Below the pieces are notes generated by a model. It had not been told where the DNA came from and did no database searches. It saw only the letters and a list, made by a program, of their open reading frames with translations. Position numbers and translations under genes: made by a program. Of a stretch of DNA of 64,000 nucleotides, positions 19,076-29,411 are shown in pieces (position 1 is the stretch's first letter; each line of letters opens with the position of its first letter). The stretch spans positions 276,319-340,318 of the forward strand of contig JAPLKG010000014.1 in assembly GCA_026388185.1 (NCBI GenBank), read 5' to 3'. The stretch comes from Candidatus Eiseniibacteriota bacterium (lineage in GTDB: Bacteria; Eisenbacteria; RBG-16-71-46; JAFGJU01).

Positions 19076-19525
19076 ATGAAAGGGACAAGGGCTGTAATCA
19101 TCATGATAATCGTGTTCGTCGTGGCCCTTTTTCTTGGCTTCATGATGGGTTCAAAGCGCGTGTCCGACGTCACGAAGGAACTCAATGCTCTCAAGACAGA
19201 GTTCAAGACCAAAGTCGCCACGCTCGAAGAGAACCTCGCAACGGCCAAGGCACAGAAGGAACTCTCCGTCTGCAAGTGGGAGCTTGTGCAAGTCAGAACC
19301 AACGCATCAGCGCGGAATTTCGGCAAGGCCACAGAATCTCTTTCTGTCGCGAAGGGAGCGTTAGACAAGGCCGTTTCCATATCATCTCCCAAGTTTTTTG
19401 CCAGGCTTGCCCCTCTTCAGCCGGCACTTGAAGAGATCAAAGTCGATCTTGATAAGAACGACGTGAAGGTTGTCGGGAAGGTGGAGGGAGTGATAGCCCA
19501 GCTCGATACGATCATATCCGAATGA
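19076..19525 (+). CDS. Membrane-anchored coiled-coil hypothetical protein
   Basis: AAGGAG RBS, single N-terminal TM helix, heptad-rich. Confidence 0.75.
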   Translation: MKGTRAVIIMIIVFVVALFLGFMMGSKRVSDVTKELNALKTEFKTKVATLEENLATAKAQKELSVCKWELVQVRTNASARNFGKATESLSVAKGALDKAVSISSPKFFARLAPLQPALEEIKVDLDKNDVKVVGKVEGVIAQLDTIISE

Positions 19526-19554
19526 AATTCGCTCGGGTTACCGGGGGAGGCGCT

Positions 19555-20595
19555 CTAGGCCAGCGGAGAGACGAATAGCATGAGCCACTCTTTGAGGCTC
19601 AGTCCGAATGCCTCTTTTCCATAGCGTGTGGCGCAGACTGTCTTTATGTTGCTGAACTGTCTGCCTGTACTCACGGCGTGTTTCTTTAGCCTCAACGCAA
19701 ATTCAATCGCCTCCCCCGAGAACATCGTTTCTCTAAAACCCCCCAGTCTGCGAAAGGCGCTTTTTCTTACGAACATCACCCCCAGGCTGACGCCGTTGAG
19801 CCTCAGCGGAAGGCGGGAGATCATCGCCGCGAGTCTTGAACTCAGGCTCCCATCCTCTGACGCCACATTTGTCCCGCCTCCAAGTGACTTTCTGTTGGCA
19901 GTTGCCTGAAGAATACGACAGAGAGACCCTTTCTTGGGCATCAGGTTCGGTCTGAGAAGAACCAGAATCTTTCCCCTGGCAACGCTTGCTGCGGCGTTGA
20001 TTGCCGCCGCGCAATTCGGGAGGTTTCTGGACACAATTTTGGCATCGAATTCCTCCGCCGAGGCAAAGTAGGTAAGTGAGGCGGAGCGAGTGATCCGGTC
20101 CGAGCCTTTGATTGAGGTCGACGTGGCAACGAGGGCGGCCCCGGCCGCTAGAGTGGAATCGCCGGCCCCAATGGAGTCCGTGGACTCGGAGCCGTATGCA
20201 GCCACGATTATCTCTGCCTTTCTTCCAAGCGTTCGAGAGAGTTCCTCTCCTGCTTCAGCGAGCAGTTCCAGCGTCCGCAGCAACTCCCTTGAGCAACTAG
20301 TCGCAGCCACGATGACAGACAGGGCTGGCCTGGACTCTGGCAGTGCATTCTGCAATGGACGTCGCGGTTTGGGCTGAAGGGCCACCGACTCGGTGTCGAG
20401 GTCTTCGAGCAATGCTTCAATCGTATCGTTAAGAATGGCAGCCAATAGCGCAGACCTCCTTAGCAATGCGACAACCGGGCCCCGCGCACTAGGCAGAGCA
20501 GGGCCGACATGTATTTTGGATTGCAATAGACGTGCCAGAGGCAAAGCCGGGGTTAAGCGATCGTCCGGGCATGGTGCAGCGGGGCGATTATCCAT
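19555..20595 (-). CDS. Degenerate GT2-like protein
   Basis: LSVIV, AINAAASVARGKILVL-LRPN (DxD lost), FVRKSAFRRLGGF...E-x-x-E; start uncertain. Confidence 0.55.
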   Translation of the reverse strand: MDNRPAAPCPDDRLTPALPLARLLQSKIHVGPALPSARGPVVALLRRSALLAAILNDTIEALLEDLDTESVALQPKPRRPLQNALPESRPALSVIVAATSCSRELLRTLELLAEAGEELSRTLGRKAEIIVAAYGSESTDSIGAGDSTLAAGAALVATSTSIKGSDRITRSASLTYFASAEEFDAKIVSRNLPNCAAAINAAASVARGKILVLLRPNLMPKKGSLCRILQATANRKSLGGGTNVASEDGSLSSRLAAMISRLPLRLNGVSLGVMFVRKSAFRRLGGFRETMFSGEAIEFALRLKKHAVSTGRQFSNIKTVCATRYGKEAFGLSLKEWLMLFVSPLA

Positions 20596-20744
20596 TCGCG
20601 TCGCGACGAGGAATCTCTGGGGAGCGATTCGACAGTCCGGTCAGAGCAGAGAATATCACGAGGGGGATTCGGCAATCGTGTTAAGATGAGAACTACGCGG
20701 CGGGCAATTCGTCGACTCCGGAGCCATCTTGACAGGAGGGGGGC

Positions 20745-21200
20745 ATGACAATTCAAGAGCCGTTCGAACACATCGAGAATGCGAGAATCTTGCTTCTTCA
20801 AGCCGCCCAGGAGGTTGACAGAGAATGCTTCTTGAACAGGCAGAAGGGCATGAGTTCGATACGAGATCTTCTCGTTCATCTCATGGATGCGGAAGACTAC
20901 TGGATCGGCTCCGTAGTCTGTGGCGAAAAACGACAGAAGTTCCTCCCCGAGAAATATGAAGACGTTGCTGCGCTCCAGGCAAATTGGGACAGAATTCACG
21001 GCCGCACCCAAAAACTCGTCTCTGACATCGCGAGCGGACTCCTCTCAGAACAAACGACCGTGCGGTGGGAAGGGGAGAGGGTGCTCGACTTGGGCACGGT
21101 CTTTCTGCACGTGTTTACCCACGAGCTTCACCATCGCGGCCAGATCTGCCTCTTGATGAGGCAGCAAGGATACGAGCCGCCCTACGTGGACTTGCTTTAA
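20745..21200 (+). CDS. DinB/YfiT family protein
   Basis: SIRDLLVH, HVFTHELHHRGQI. Confidence 0.9.
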   Translation: MTIQEPFEHIENARILLLQAAQEVDRECFLNRQKGMSSIRDLLVHLMDAEDYWIGSVVCGEKRQKFLPEKYEDVAALQANWDRIHGRTQKLVSDIASGLLSEQTTVRWEGERVLDLGTVFLHVFTHELHHRGQICLLMRQQGYEPPYVDLL

Positions 21201-21208
21201 GAAAGTTG

Positions 21209-21237
21209 TTGACTTTGTGACCTCGGTGTGCTATCTT
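21209..21237 (+). promoter_or_regulatory. Sigma70 promoter upstream of the histidine kinase
   Basis: TTGACT-17-TATCTT with extended TG. Confidence 0.55.
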
Positions 21238-21576
21238 ACGAAGGCAAGAGCAAGGAAACGAGCTGACGAGGTTACCGAAAGGCCCTGTTCTTCTTGTTAC
21301 AGCAGCTTTAGCGCGGCCGAATAGCTTTCCGGCCTCCCGCCAGTTTGATTACAGTTCATGAAGTGAGACGAACATGACTCCAGCTGAGATTCCGAGCCGA
21401 GACTCGATGCCCGGAGTTTGGGGATTCTCCGTCCGTCGTTGCTTGCTGTACGTGTTCTTCCAGCCCCCTCGCCGGATTGCATCATGTTAGCCTTTCATGG
21501 CGGGTCCCTTGCCGCTGATATCTTAGGGCCGAACTTACTGACATTCGGGTGATTCAGAGGAAAGCCCTGAAGGCAG

Positions 21577-23283
21577 GTGATTCTCGTGGGCACGGTGGCA
21601 AGATCGGTCGACGCGAGACAACCCTCTCGGAGGCATCGCGTTGCATCTATCGTTCACTACGAACAGGCCTTTTTCATCCGGCAGATTATCGCCGCATCCG
21701 TTCCGGCAGTCAGCCTTGTCGTGAGGCATTCTTTCCCCAACTTGATGTTTGCCTTCTACGTCGTCATTGCCGTCACGTGTCTCAATCTCTTCTACTACTG
21801 GCTCACCGTGACCGGGAGATTCCGTTCTTCCTTCAAATGGGTTCAGATCGGCATCGACATGTTTCTTTGGACGCTCCTCATACACGTTACCGGCGGGAAA
21901 GACAGCGTTTTCTTCTTTCTCTATCCGCTCGAGATACTGGTGGCGGCTTTCACGCTCTCCGCGTCAGGCTGCGCGTACGGCGCCACGCTTGCGGGTGTTT
22001 TCTACACTATCGATGTAGGTTTTCTCGGCTCACATGCGGACCTGGGAGGCACCCACATCGTCAGACTCTTTTTCCTCTCGGCAATCGCAGCCATATCCGT
22101 CCTCGTAGTCAGAAAACTCGAAAAGAAGACGGTCGAGGTGGAAAGGCTCAGCGAGATGTTGCGCGAGCGGGCCGAAAGCGCAGAGACAAGCCTGGGTGCA
22201 GTTCTCGACACCGTGGGCGACGGCCTCCTGATACTGGATGAAAAAGGTGGGTTGCTCTCCGTAAACGGCCCGTTCGCGAGAATGTGTGAAATTGCAGACG
22301 GAAGGCTGCCTGGAGAAGCGGCGCGCGGAACACCATTCTACAACGTCAAGGCTCGATTGCTGGAATTGCTGAGCGGGGGAGCCGAAGATGAGACGGTAGA
22401 GATTACTTTTCCACAGGAATCCGGGCGCCCACGAGGGTTCCACCTTAAAACCAAGGTGTTCAAGCGGCACGGTGAAAGATGCATCATGGCGATCGCTTCG
22501 GATGGCGTTCTCGAAAGCGAGAGGAACGACGCGCTATTTCACAACGGTGATGCCGGCGAGACGGATTCGCTTCCGGGCGTTGGCGAGACAGCCCTCGTCA
22601 TAGCTCACGAAGTCAGAAATTCCTTGACCTGCATCATGGGGTTGCTGTCGCTGCTCAACGAGGATTTGTCAGGGAAAGCGGAATCCGTTGGATTGCTCAG
22701 GAAGGCCGTGGGTGCGGCCGAAGACTTGAACTTATTCGTGTCCGATCTCCTTGTCTACTCACAACGCGTCGAACCGCGATTAGAGAAAACAGATCTTGTG
22801 AGCCTCCTGAATTCGGTGATCGAGTTGGTCTCAGGCAAGCTCGATGGCACTAAGAACGTGAGACTTACAAGAGAGTTTTCTGTGAGTCGGCTTGAAGCTG
22901 AAGTGGACCCCAGATACATGCAACGCGTGATCATAAATCTATTTCTCAATGCATATCAGGCGGTGAACGAGGAAGGCAGTGTGTGCATTCTCTTGCGCGA
23001 GGAGGATGGGAACGCCGTGATAGAGGTGAAAGATGACGGATGCGGGATATCGAGCGAACACATCGACAAGATATTTGAACCATTTTTCACCGCGAAGGGT
23101 AAGGGTAGCGGACTCGGACTCGCGATTGCGAAAAGGCTCGTCGAGGCGCATCGAGGCAACATTAGCGCGATCAGTAACCCGGAGGTGGGAAGCACGTTGA
23201 CCGTTCGGGTTCCGGCCGCGCGACATGATGCCGAGGTACGCGAGAGAACGAACGAACTCTTGTGCGAGACAACCAAGGTCTGA
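21577..23283 (+). CDS. Membrane sensor histidine kinase with PAS-like domain
   Basis: TM region; IAHEVRNSL H-box; NLFLNA, DDGCG, FEPFFT, GSGLGL; start uncertain. Confidence 0.92.
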   Translation: MILVGTVARSVDARQPSRRHRVASIVHYEQAFFIRQIIAASVPAVSLVVRHSFPNLMFAFYVVIAVTCLNLFYYWLTVTGRFRSSFKWVQIGIDMFLWTLLIHVTGGKDSVFFFLYPLEILVAAFTLSASGCAYGATLAGVFYTIDVGFLGSHADLGGTHIVRLFFLSAIAAISVLVVRKLEKKTVEVERLSEMLRERAESAETSLGAVLDTVGDGLLILDEKGGLLSVNGPFARMCEIADGRLPGEAARGTPFYNVKARLLELLSGGAEDETVEITFPQESGRPRGFHLKTKVFKRHGERCIMAIASDGVLESERNDALFHNGDAGETDSLPGVGETALVIAHEVRNSLTCIMGLLSLLNEDLSGKAESVGLLRKAVGAAEDLNLFVSDLLVYSQRVEPRLEKTDLVSLLNSVIELVSGKLDGTKNVRLTREFSVSRLEAEVDPRYMQRVIINLFLNAYQAVNEEGSVCILLREEDGNAVIEVKDDGCGISSEHIDKIFEPFFTAKGKGSGLGLAIAKRLVEAHRGNISAISNPEVGSTLTVRVPAARHDAEVRERTNELLCETTKV

Positions 23284-23312
23284 AGCTTTTCGTTTGGAGT
23301 GGCCGACAGAGG

Positions 23313-24698
23313 ATGAAAGATGTTCTTCTCGTAGATGACGATCGCCGCATTCTCGAGACGATTGGTGAGATCTTAGAACGTAAAGCGCTCAGCTTTGAGG
23401 CCGCAACGAGCGTAGAGGAGGCGTTGTCTACACTCGGCGGCGAGACTTTCCGGGTCGTGCTCACAGACGTGAAAATGCCGGGTCAGGATGGGCATTCGCT
23501 CCTCCGCGAGATCAAATCGCTCTATCCCGACACGGAGGTGGTACTTCTCACCGGTTTCGGCAGCGTCGAAGGTGCCGTCAGTGCCTTGAAGGAGGGAGCG
23601 TACGACTACATTCTCAAGCCTTTTGAGCGGGAGGCGCTTGAAGGTCTCGTTGGGCGTGCGCTTGAGAAGTCTCGCCTCGTGAGCGAAACGAGGGAGCTGC
23701 GTAAGCTTCTTTCGGAGAGGTATCGGTTTCACAACGTAATCACGAGGGACGAGCGCTTGCTGAAAGCACTTGACCTTCTGGAGACGGTTTCGGATTTCAA
23801 TGCCACAATCATGATTACGGGCGAGACCGGGACGGGCAAAGAACTCATTGCGAAATCGGCTCATTTCAACGGCAACCGCAAGAACAGACCCTTTGTGAAA
23901 GTCAATTGCTCTGCAATCCCAGAGGGGCTGCTTGAAAGCGAGCTCTTCGGGCACGAGAAGGGAGCGTTCACTCACGCAACCGCACGCAGGATCGGCAAGT
24001 TCGAGCACGCAGACGGAGGAACCATCTTCCTTGATGAATGCGCCGACATCCCGAGGGCGATCCAGGTCAAGCTGTTGAGGGTCCTAGAACAGAAAGAGTT
24101 CGAGAGAGTCGGCAGCAACGAGACCGTTCACGTTGACGTGCGAGTCATTGCCGCGACGAATTCCGATCCCTGCCTGGCCATGGCCGAAGGGAGAATTCGA
24201 GAGGACCTTTTCCACAGACTCAACGTGATTCCGATCAGCATTCCCCCTCTGCGCGAGAGAAAGTGTGACATCCCCTTGCTGGTCGAGCACTTTCTTGATA
24301 AGTTCGGTGGTTCCAGACAAAGGACTCTTCGAGTGTCCCCGGAGGCGATGCGGACTCTCGTCGAGCATGATTGGCCGGGCAACGTTCGAGAGCTGGAGAA
24401 CCTGATCGAGAGGCTCTCCATCATCGTGAAGGGCCCGCTTGTGAGGCCTTCCGATCTGCCGGAACAAGGCAGAAGCCAAAAATGCGTATCCGGCGGCAGT
24501 GCTCCAGGTGGATCGCGTCCTCTCCGGGACGTCGAGAAAGAACACATTCTTAAGACCCTCCAACAATGCCGCGGCAACGTCGCCAAGACCGCAAGATTGC
24601 TCGGCATTGACCGCACCACCCTTGCCCGTCGCTTGAAGAAATATGGCGTCGGTGAAAAATCCAGCCGCAAGACGCACCCGCAACAATTTCACGAATGA
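23313..24698 (+). CDS. NtrC-family sigma54-dependent response regulator
   Basis: Receiver domain (VDDD, D, KPF); GETGTGKE, ESELFGHEKGAFTHA, WPGNVREL; Fis-type HTH. Confidence 0.95.
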   Translation: MKDVLLVDDDRRILETIGEILERKALSFEAATSVEEALSTLGGETFRVVLTDVKMPGQDGHSLLREIKSLYPDTEVVLLTGFGSVEGAVSALKEGAYDYILKPFEREALEGLVGRALEKSRLVSETRELRKLLSERYRFHNVITRDERLLKALDLLETVSDFNATIMITGETGTGKELIAKSAHFNGNRKNRPFVKVNCSAIPEGLLESELFGHEKGAFTHATARRIGKFEHADGGTIFLDECADIPRAIQVKLLRVLEQKEFERVGSNETVHVDVRVIAATNSDPCLAMAEGRIREDLFHRLNVIPISIPPLRERKCDIPLLVEHFLDKFGGSRQRTLRVSPEAMRTLVEHDWPGNVRELENLIERLSIIVKGPLVRPSDLPEQGRSQKCVSGGSAPGGSRPLRDVEKEHILKTLQQCRGNVAKTARLLGIDRTTLARRLKKYGVGEKSSRKTHPQQFHE

Positions 24699-24739
24699 AA
24701 GAGGCGTGAGACCTCCGTGGACCGCGCAAGGACCCGCCT

Positions 24740-24776
24740 TGCATTGAGGCAGGTTGCACATGTGCGGCCTAATGCA
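24740..24776. promoter_or_regulatory. Candidate upstream activating sequence for the sigma54 activator
   Basis: Dyad TGCATT...AATGCA enclosing perfect palindrome GCACATGTGC, about 160-200 bp upstream of a -24/-12 site. Confidence 0.5.
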
Positions 24777-24936
24777 TCACGTGCCCCAGTCCGTCGTTTC
24801 CCGCCATGTTCCGCTCACAAGTTCCTGAAGACTGATGTGAAGTGCCTCAGTGTCTGTAGGGAGGATCACGTCTTTAGGACATCCACACATGCCGCAATCG
24901 CTTGTCTGGCAAGCAAATGAGGCCTTTCACGTGAGG

Positions 24937-24951
24937 CGGCACGCATCTTGC
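24937..24951 (+). promoter_or_regulatory. Sigma54 (-24/-12) promoter
   Basis: CGGCAC-GCATC-TTGC with exact GG-N10-GC spacing. Confidence 0.75.
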
Positions 24952-25231
24952 CCTGCTTCTAAGTGCTAGTTCATTCACGGGTAATGTCGCTTGATGGTCT
25001 GTTGTGGGCGGCGATGGTGCCCGAAGTGACGCGAGGGGCGCTTTTGCGTCTGTGTGAGAAGCCGGAGTTCTTGGGGGGGTGATGCCCGGAAGCGTGGGAT
25101 TGAGGATTGGGTGGTCGTGACGAGGGGTTGAGGCGGTGCCGCAATGGTTTCTAATTTCGCGTGTTGTGTCGGATGGCGCGTCATGACTTGCGCGTGACGT
25201 CGTGAGCTCGTCCGAGGGAAGGAGGCAGGAA

Positions 25232-25738
25232 ATGAAGAAGGTTCTCGCTCTATTTTTGTTGGGAAGCGTACTGTTGTTGGTTCAGGTCTATGCAGTCAGT
25301 GCCGGGACAGCCTTGTCGGACAGGACGATTTCCATTGAATGCAGCCCAACTTTCAGTGTCCCTCAGTCGCCGATCACGTTCGGCGATGACACGAATGTTA
25401 CGTGGGAGGTCAGCGCCGACTGCACGACAACCGCAGACAGCGTCAGGATCGTCTTTGGGGTCGATAACCCGTGGTCTGCGACTCAGGCTGAGACGTTTAC
25501 AACATTCCCGGACACCCTTGTCACCTCTCCTCCTACCACAAGGGAGGGTGACTTCTTATACAAGGTCATCCGGTACAAGAACGGCAGTCCCGTTGACACA
25601 CTTACAGCCAGGGTGATATGCGCAGGTCGAGGTCCAGGCTTGCCTTCGCTGAGCACCTGGGCTGTACTCATTCTGGTCCTTGCAGTGATTGCAGTGTCAA
25701 TTGCCTTCTTGAGGCGGCGAAAGATAGTCGTTACGTAG
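25232..25738 (+). CDS. Secreted protein with IPTL-CTERM-like sorting signal
   Basis: Signal peptide; C-terminus LPSLSTWAVLILVLAVIAVSIAFLRRRK (motif, TM helix, basic tail). Confidence 0.8.
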   Translation: MKKVLALFLLGSVLLLVQVYAVSAGTALSDRTISIECSPTFSVPQSPITFGDDTNVTWEVSADCTTTADSVRIVFGVDNPWSATQAETFTTFPDTLVTSPPTTREGDFLYKVIRYKNGSPVDTLTARVICAGRGPGLPSLSTWAVLILVLAVIAVSIAFLRRRKIVVT

Positions 25739-25809
25739 CACCTCGGTGTTGGATTGGGCCGGCAACATCACTGTGCCGGCCCACAATACGCGGTCAATCT
25801 TGATAAGAA

Positions 25810-25852
25810 CCGCCCCTGCCTCCATGCGAGGCCGGGGCGGCTTCTTTGTTTC
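25810..25852 (+). terminator. Intrinsic terminator
   Basis: CCGCCCC...GGGGCGG hairpin followed by a T-rich tail. Confidence 0.6.
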
Positions 25853-25983
25853 AACTCCTCTCTTCTTGTTGACCACCGCGGGGCGAAGTGTTATAGTCGA
25901 CCGTTATCCTTCTGTGCGAACTGAAGTTAGACGGCGGAATCCCCCAGTTCCTTTTCCGAGTGTCTCACCGAAAGGAGTCTCTC

Positions 25984-26946
25984 ATGAAGCTCAAGGAGTT
26001 CTACAACAAGTGCGTTGAGGCTGGAATTGCGGGGGACCGGAGAGGGAAGGCTTTCATAACAAGCCTTCTCAAGGAAGAGAAGAAGAGATACGACAAGCTC
26101 GAGGGTTTTGACAAAGAGTGCTACGACGTCGAGCGGCTTCACAATCCCTACACGGACTGCCGAATTCTCTACGGCGATCTAAACACACAAATCAAGTGCA
26201 TGATGGTCGGCATAGATGCTCACGCGGACGAGCTGCTTCTGGCCAACGAACTGCGCAGACGCGGGAAGCAGATCGATGCCGTCTTGACGCATCATCCTGC
26301 CGGATTTGCAGTGAAGCGTCTTCCCGAGGTGATGGACATACAAACCGAGCAGTGGATTGCCTTTGGCGTACCGACGCATCTTGCCGAGGCCATGATCGAA
26401 GAGAAAAAAACGTGGGCCGTCAGACAGTTCCACGTCAGGAACACGGACGCACCGGTAGACATCGCTCGTATTCTTGACATTCCGTTCATGGCCACACATA
26501 CTCCGGCCGACAACTGGGCCGCGGGCTATCTGCAGAAGAAAGTTGACAAGGCAAAGCCCAGGACCGTCGGCGATCTCATCGATCTGCTTCGTGAAGTTTC
26601 CGAATATCGCTACCATGCCAGCCTACAGGCAGGGCCGACGCTGAGTTGCGGTGGCAAGGAGAGTCGCGCCGGGAAAGTGTATGTTGATATGACTGGCGGG
26701 ATCATGGCCGGCAAGGGCTATCTTCCCGAATTGTCCAAGCGCGGCATCAGCACGTTGGTTGTCATGCACATCCCGGATGACGCGCTCGACAAGGCCAAGG
26801 AAGAGAAACTGAACATCATCGTGGCCGGTCACATAGCGAGCGACACGCTCGGTATGAACCTTCTTCTCGACCGCGCGCTGTCGAAAGGTGTCGAGATCGT
26901 AGAATGCGCAGGGTTCAAGAGATTTCCGCGAGCCGTGGAGAAATAA
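25984..26946 (+). CDS. NIF3-like (NGG1p-interacting factor) metal-binding protein
   Basis: NPYTD, MVGID, THHP, HTPADN, DMTGG, MH, AGHIASD. Confidence 0.85.
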   Translation: MKLKEFYNKCVEAGIAGDRRGKAFITSLLKEEKKRYDKLEGFDKECYDVERLHNPYTDCRILYGDLNTQIKCMMVGIDAHADELLLANELRRRGKQIDAVLTHHPAGFAVKRLPEVMDIQTEQWIAFGVPTHLAEAMIEEKKTWAVRQFHVRNTDAPVDIARILDIPFMATHTPADNWAAGYLQKKVDKAKPRTVGDLIDLLREVSEYRYHASLQAGPTLSCGGKESRAGKVYVDMTGGIMAGKGYLPELSKRGISTLVVMHIPDDALDKAKEEKLNIIVAGHIASDTLGMNLLLDRALSKGVEIVECAGFKRFPRAVEK

Positions 26947-27022
26947 CGGATCACCGGACCTACTAGGCCCTAAGGTCGGCAGTCGGAATCGGCGCGGGAG
27001 CCGAGGAGGGTGGAAAGAACCC

Positions 27023-28792
27023 ATGTTCAGGGTTGCGCTGGCTCAGGTCAATCTCTGTGTCGGTGATCTCGAAGGGAACAAGCGCAAAATCATAGAGTAC
27101 ATTCACAGGGCCAGAGACGGGCAATCCGACCTCGTTGCCTTCCCCGAGCTCTCCATCACCGGTTATCCGCCCGAAGACCTTCTCCTGCAGCCCAGCTTTG
27201 TGAGAGACAGTCAAGAGGCGCTTGCGGCAATCGTACGCGAGACAAAAGGAATAATCGCCGTCGTAGGCTTTCCGTACGCAGAGGCGCACGACGGAAGTAC
27301 ACTCTACAACGCAGCAGTAATCGCGAGAGACGGGAGTCTCGTTTCTGTCTACAGGAAGATGCTGCTGCCGAACTATGGCGTGTTTGATGAGAAGCGCTAT
27401 TTCACCGCGGGTCATTCGCCCACCACTTACGAAATAGGCAGACTTCGCTTTGCCGTTAACATCTGCGAAGACATCTGGAGACCGGAGGTCTCGAGCGAAC
27501 AAGCCACTCGAGGCGGTGCGCATGTTATCGTCAACATTTCCTCGTCTCCGTACCGTGTCGGCAAGGGAGTGGAGCGACAGAGCATGCTCTCAGACCGCGC
27601 CCGCGAGAACAACGCGGCAGTCTGCCTGGTGAACCTCGTCGGCGGGCAGGACGAACTTGTCTTCGACGGTGAGAGTCTTGTTTTCTCGTCCGGCGGGAAT
27701 CTTCTCGCTCGTGCTCCGCAGTTCGAAGAGGCCCTGCTGGTGGCGGACATCGACGTCGACGAAATCGCTCGGACGCGCCAAGCCGGAAGAGGCGGCGCTA
27801 CCCGCGACAGTACTCGCGAAACGACCGGGCAAGAGGCCGAGGCCCTTACGGCTGCAACAGTCAAGTTGGGTGACTGGAAAGAGCCCGTCCCGCGAGAGCC
27901 CATCAAGTCAACAATCACGCGCAGGCTCAATCACGTCGAGGAAATACACCGCGCACTCGTCCTCGGCACACGCGACTACGTCAGGAAGAACGGGTTCGAG
28001 AAAGTCGCCATCGGGTTGAGCGGTGGAATCGATTCCGCCCTCGTTGCGGTCATAGCCGCAGACGCACTTGGTCGCGAGAATGTGATCGGAGTCATGATGC
28101 CGTCGGGCTTCACTTCGGCGCAGAGCGTGAACGACGCCGAAGACTTGGCGCGAAGGCTCGGCATCAAGACCGTTACGATCCCAATTGAGGAAATCTTCTG
28201 CGCGTATCTGAGCACGCTCAAGACTGCTTTTGAGGGCAGGAGCCAGGACATTACGGAAGAAAACGTGCAGGCGAGAATCCGGGGCAACGTCTTGATGGCC
28301 CTTTCCAACAAGTTCGGTTGGCTCGTGCTCACCACGGGTAACAAGAGCGAGATAGCGGTGGGCTATTCGACTCTCTACGGGGACACGGCCGGAGGTTTTG
28401 CCGTCGTCAAGGACGTACCAAAAACTCTCATCTACGAGCTTGCGAGATTCAGGAACTCACTGCCCGCAGGTCCGGTGATACCGGAGTCGATTCTGACCAA
28501 GGCGCCGTCCGCAGAGTTGAGGACCGATCAGAAGGACACGGACTCGCTCCCGGCTTACAGCGTCCTGGACCCAATCATAGAGGCATACGTCGAGCAGGAC
28601 AAAAGCCGAGACGAAATCGTCAATCAAGGGTTTGACGAGAACGTGGTTGACCGGGTGATATCAATGGTGGAGAAAAGCGAGTACAAACGTAGACAGGCGC
28701 CACCTGGAGTCAAGATCACGCCGAAGGCGTTCGGCAGAGACAGGCGAATGCCGATCACAAATTTCTACAACATGACACGAAAGAAACGCTGA
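27023..28792 (+). CDS. nadE: Glutamine-dependent NAD+ synthetase
   Basis: Nitrilase-like domain (FPEL, K, ICEDIW) plus GLSGGIDS, ENVQARIRG, TGNKSE, PSAEL. Confidence 0.97.
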   Translation: MFRVALAQVNLCVGDLEGNKRKIIEYIHRARDGQSDLVAFPELSITGYPPEDLLLQPSFVRDSQEALAAIVRETKGIIAVVGFPYAEAHDGSTLYNAAVIARDGSLVSVYRKMLLPNYGVFDEKRYFTAGHSPTTYEIGRLRFAVNICEDIWRPEVSSEQATRGGAHVIVNISSSPYRVGKGVERQSMLSDRARENNAAVCLVNLVGGQDELVFDGESLVFSSGGNLLARAPQFEEALLVADIDVDEIARTRQAGRGGATRDSTRETTGQEAEALTAATVKLGDWKEPVPREPIKSTITRRLNHVEEIHRALVLGTRDYVRKNGFEKVAIGLSGGIDSALVAVIAADALGRENVIGVMMPSGFTSAQSVNDAEDLARRLGIKTVTIPIEEIFCAYLSTLKTAFEGRSQDITEENVQARIRGNVLMALSNKFGWLVLTTGNKSEIAVGYSTLYGDTAGGFAVVKDVPKTLIYELARFRNSLPAGPVIPESILTKAPSAELRTDQKDTDSLPAYSVLDPIIEAYVEQDKSRDEIVNQGFDENVVDRVISMVEKSEYKRRQAPPGVKITPKAFGRDRRMPITNFYNMTRKKR

Positions 28793-28841
28793 AAGCCGAC
28801 CGGCTCTGCGGCTTGGGTGAGACGCTGCGCGGCGACTTCTC

Positions 28842-29411
28842 TCAGAGAGACGTCGGCTCGCCGGCTTCTGTTTGCGGACCTGAATGACCGGTACGACCCA
28901 GTTGTTTCCTTATCTTGGCTTCGTTGCGCGAATATCTCTCGTACAACTCGGTCGGTAGAAAACGGGCGATTACGCGTGACACGTTCATGATACGCGGCGT
29001 GAGTTTCGACGCGATCATTGGTTCGGTGGGTTTGTCCGTGCAGACTATAAACAGCGCAAACAGGACAGCTATCAGAAGCACAAACCTCGCCAGACCGAAT
29101 ACGCCTCCGACCAACCTGTCGAACCATCCCACGTGTATCGCAGAGATGGCAGCCCTGGAAGCGAGGCCTATCAGCTTGAACAGCAGGATCACGATGGCAA
29201 GAATGACAACAAAAGAGATCACCGTGAGAGCCACGGGGTGCTGAATCCACTTGCTAAGATATCTGGCTAGCAGCTCGTGATACCTAAAGGCTATGATGAT
29301 GGCCAGGACGAGACCCATGAGAGAAAACGCCTGTCGCACGAATCCCTTGACGAGACCCTGGATCATGCCGGCGATGAGGATAACTAGTATGGTGATATCA
29401 AGCCAGTTCAT
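28842..29411 (-). CDS. cvpA: CvpA (colicin V production) family membrane protein
   Basis: MNWLDI...GLVKGFV...DRLVGGVFG; start moved to ATG 29411. Confidence 0.88.
   Translation of the reverse strand: MNWLDITILVILIAGMIQGLVKGFVRQAFSLMGLVLAIIIAFRYHELLARYLSKWIQHPVALTVISFVVILAIVILLFKLIGLASRAAISAIHVGWFDRLVGGVFGLARFVLLIAVLFALFIVCTDKPTEPMIASKLTPRIMNVSRVIARFLPTELYERYSRNEAKIRKQLGRTGHSGPQTEAGEPTSL

Noticed and set aside
19538-19553. GGGGAGGC outside the array (similar at about 20618)
   Set aside because: No GTTCG block at the proper spacing and no module structure; likely chance in GC-rich DNA.
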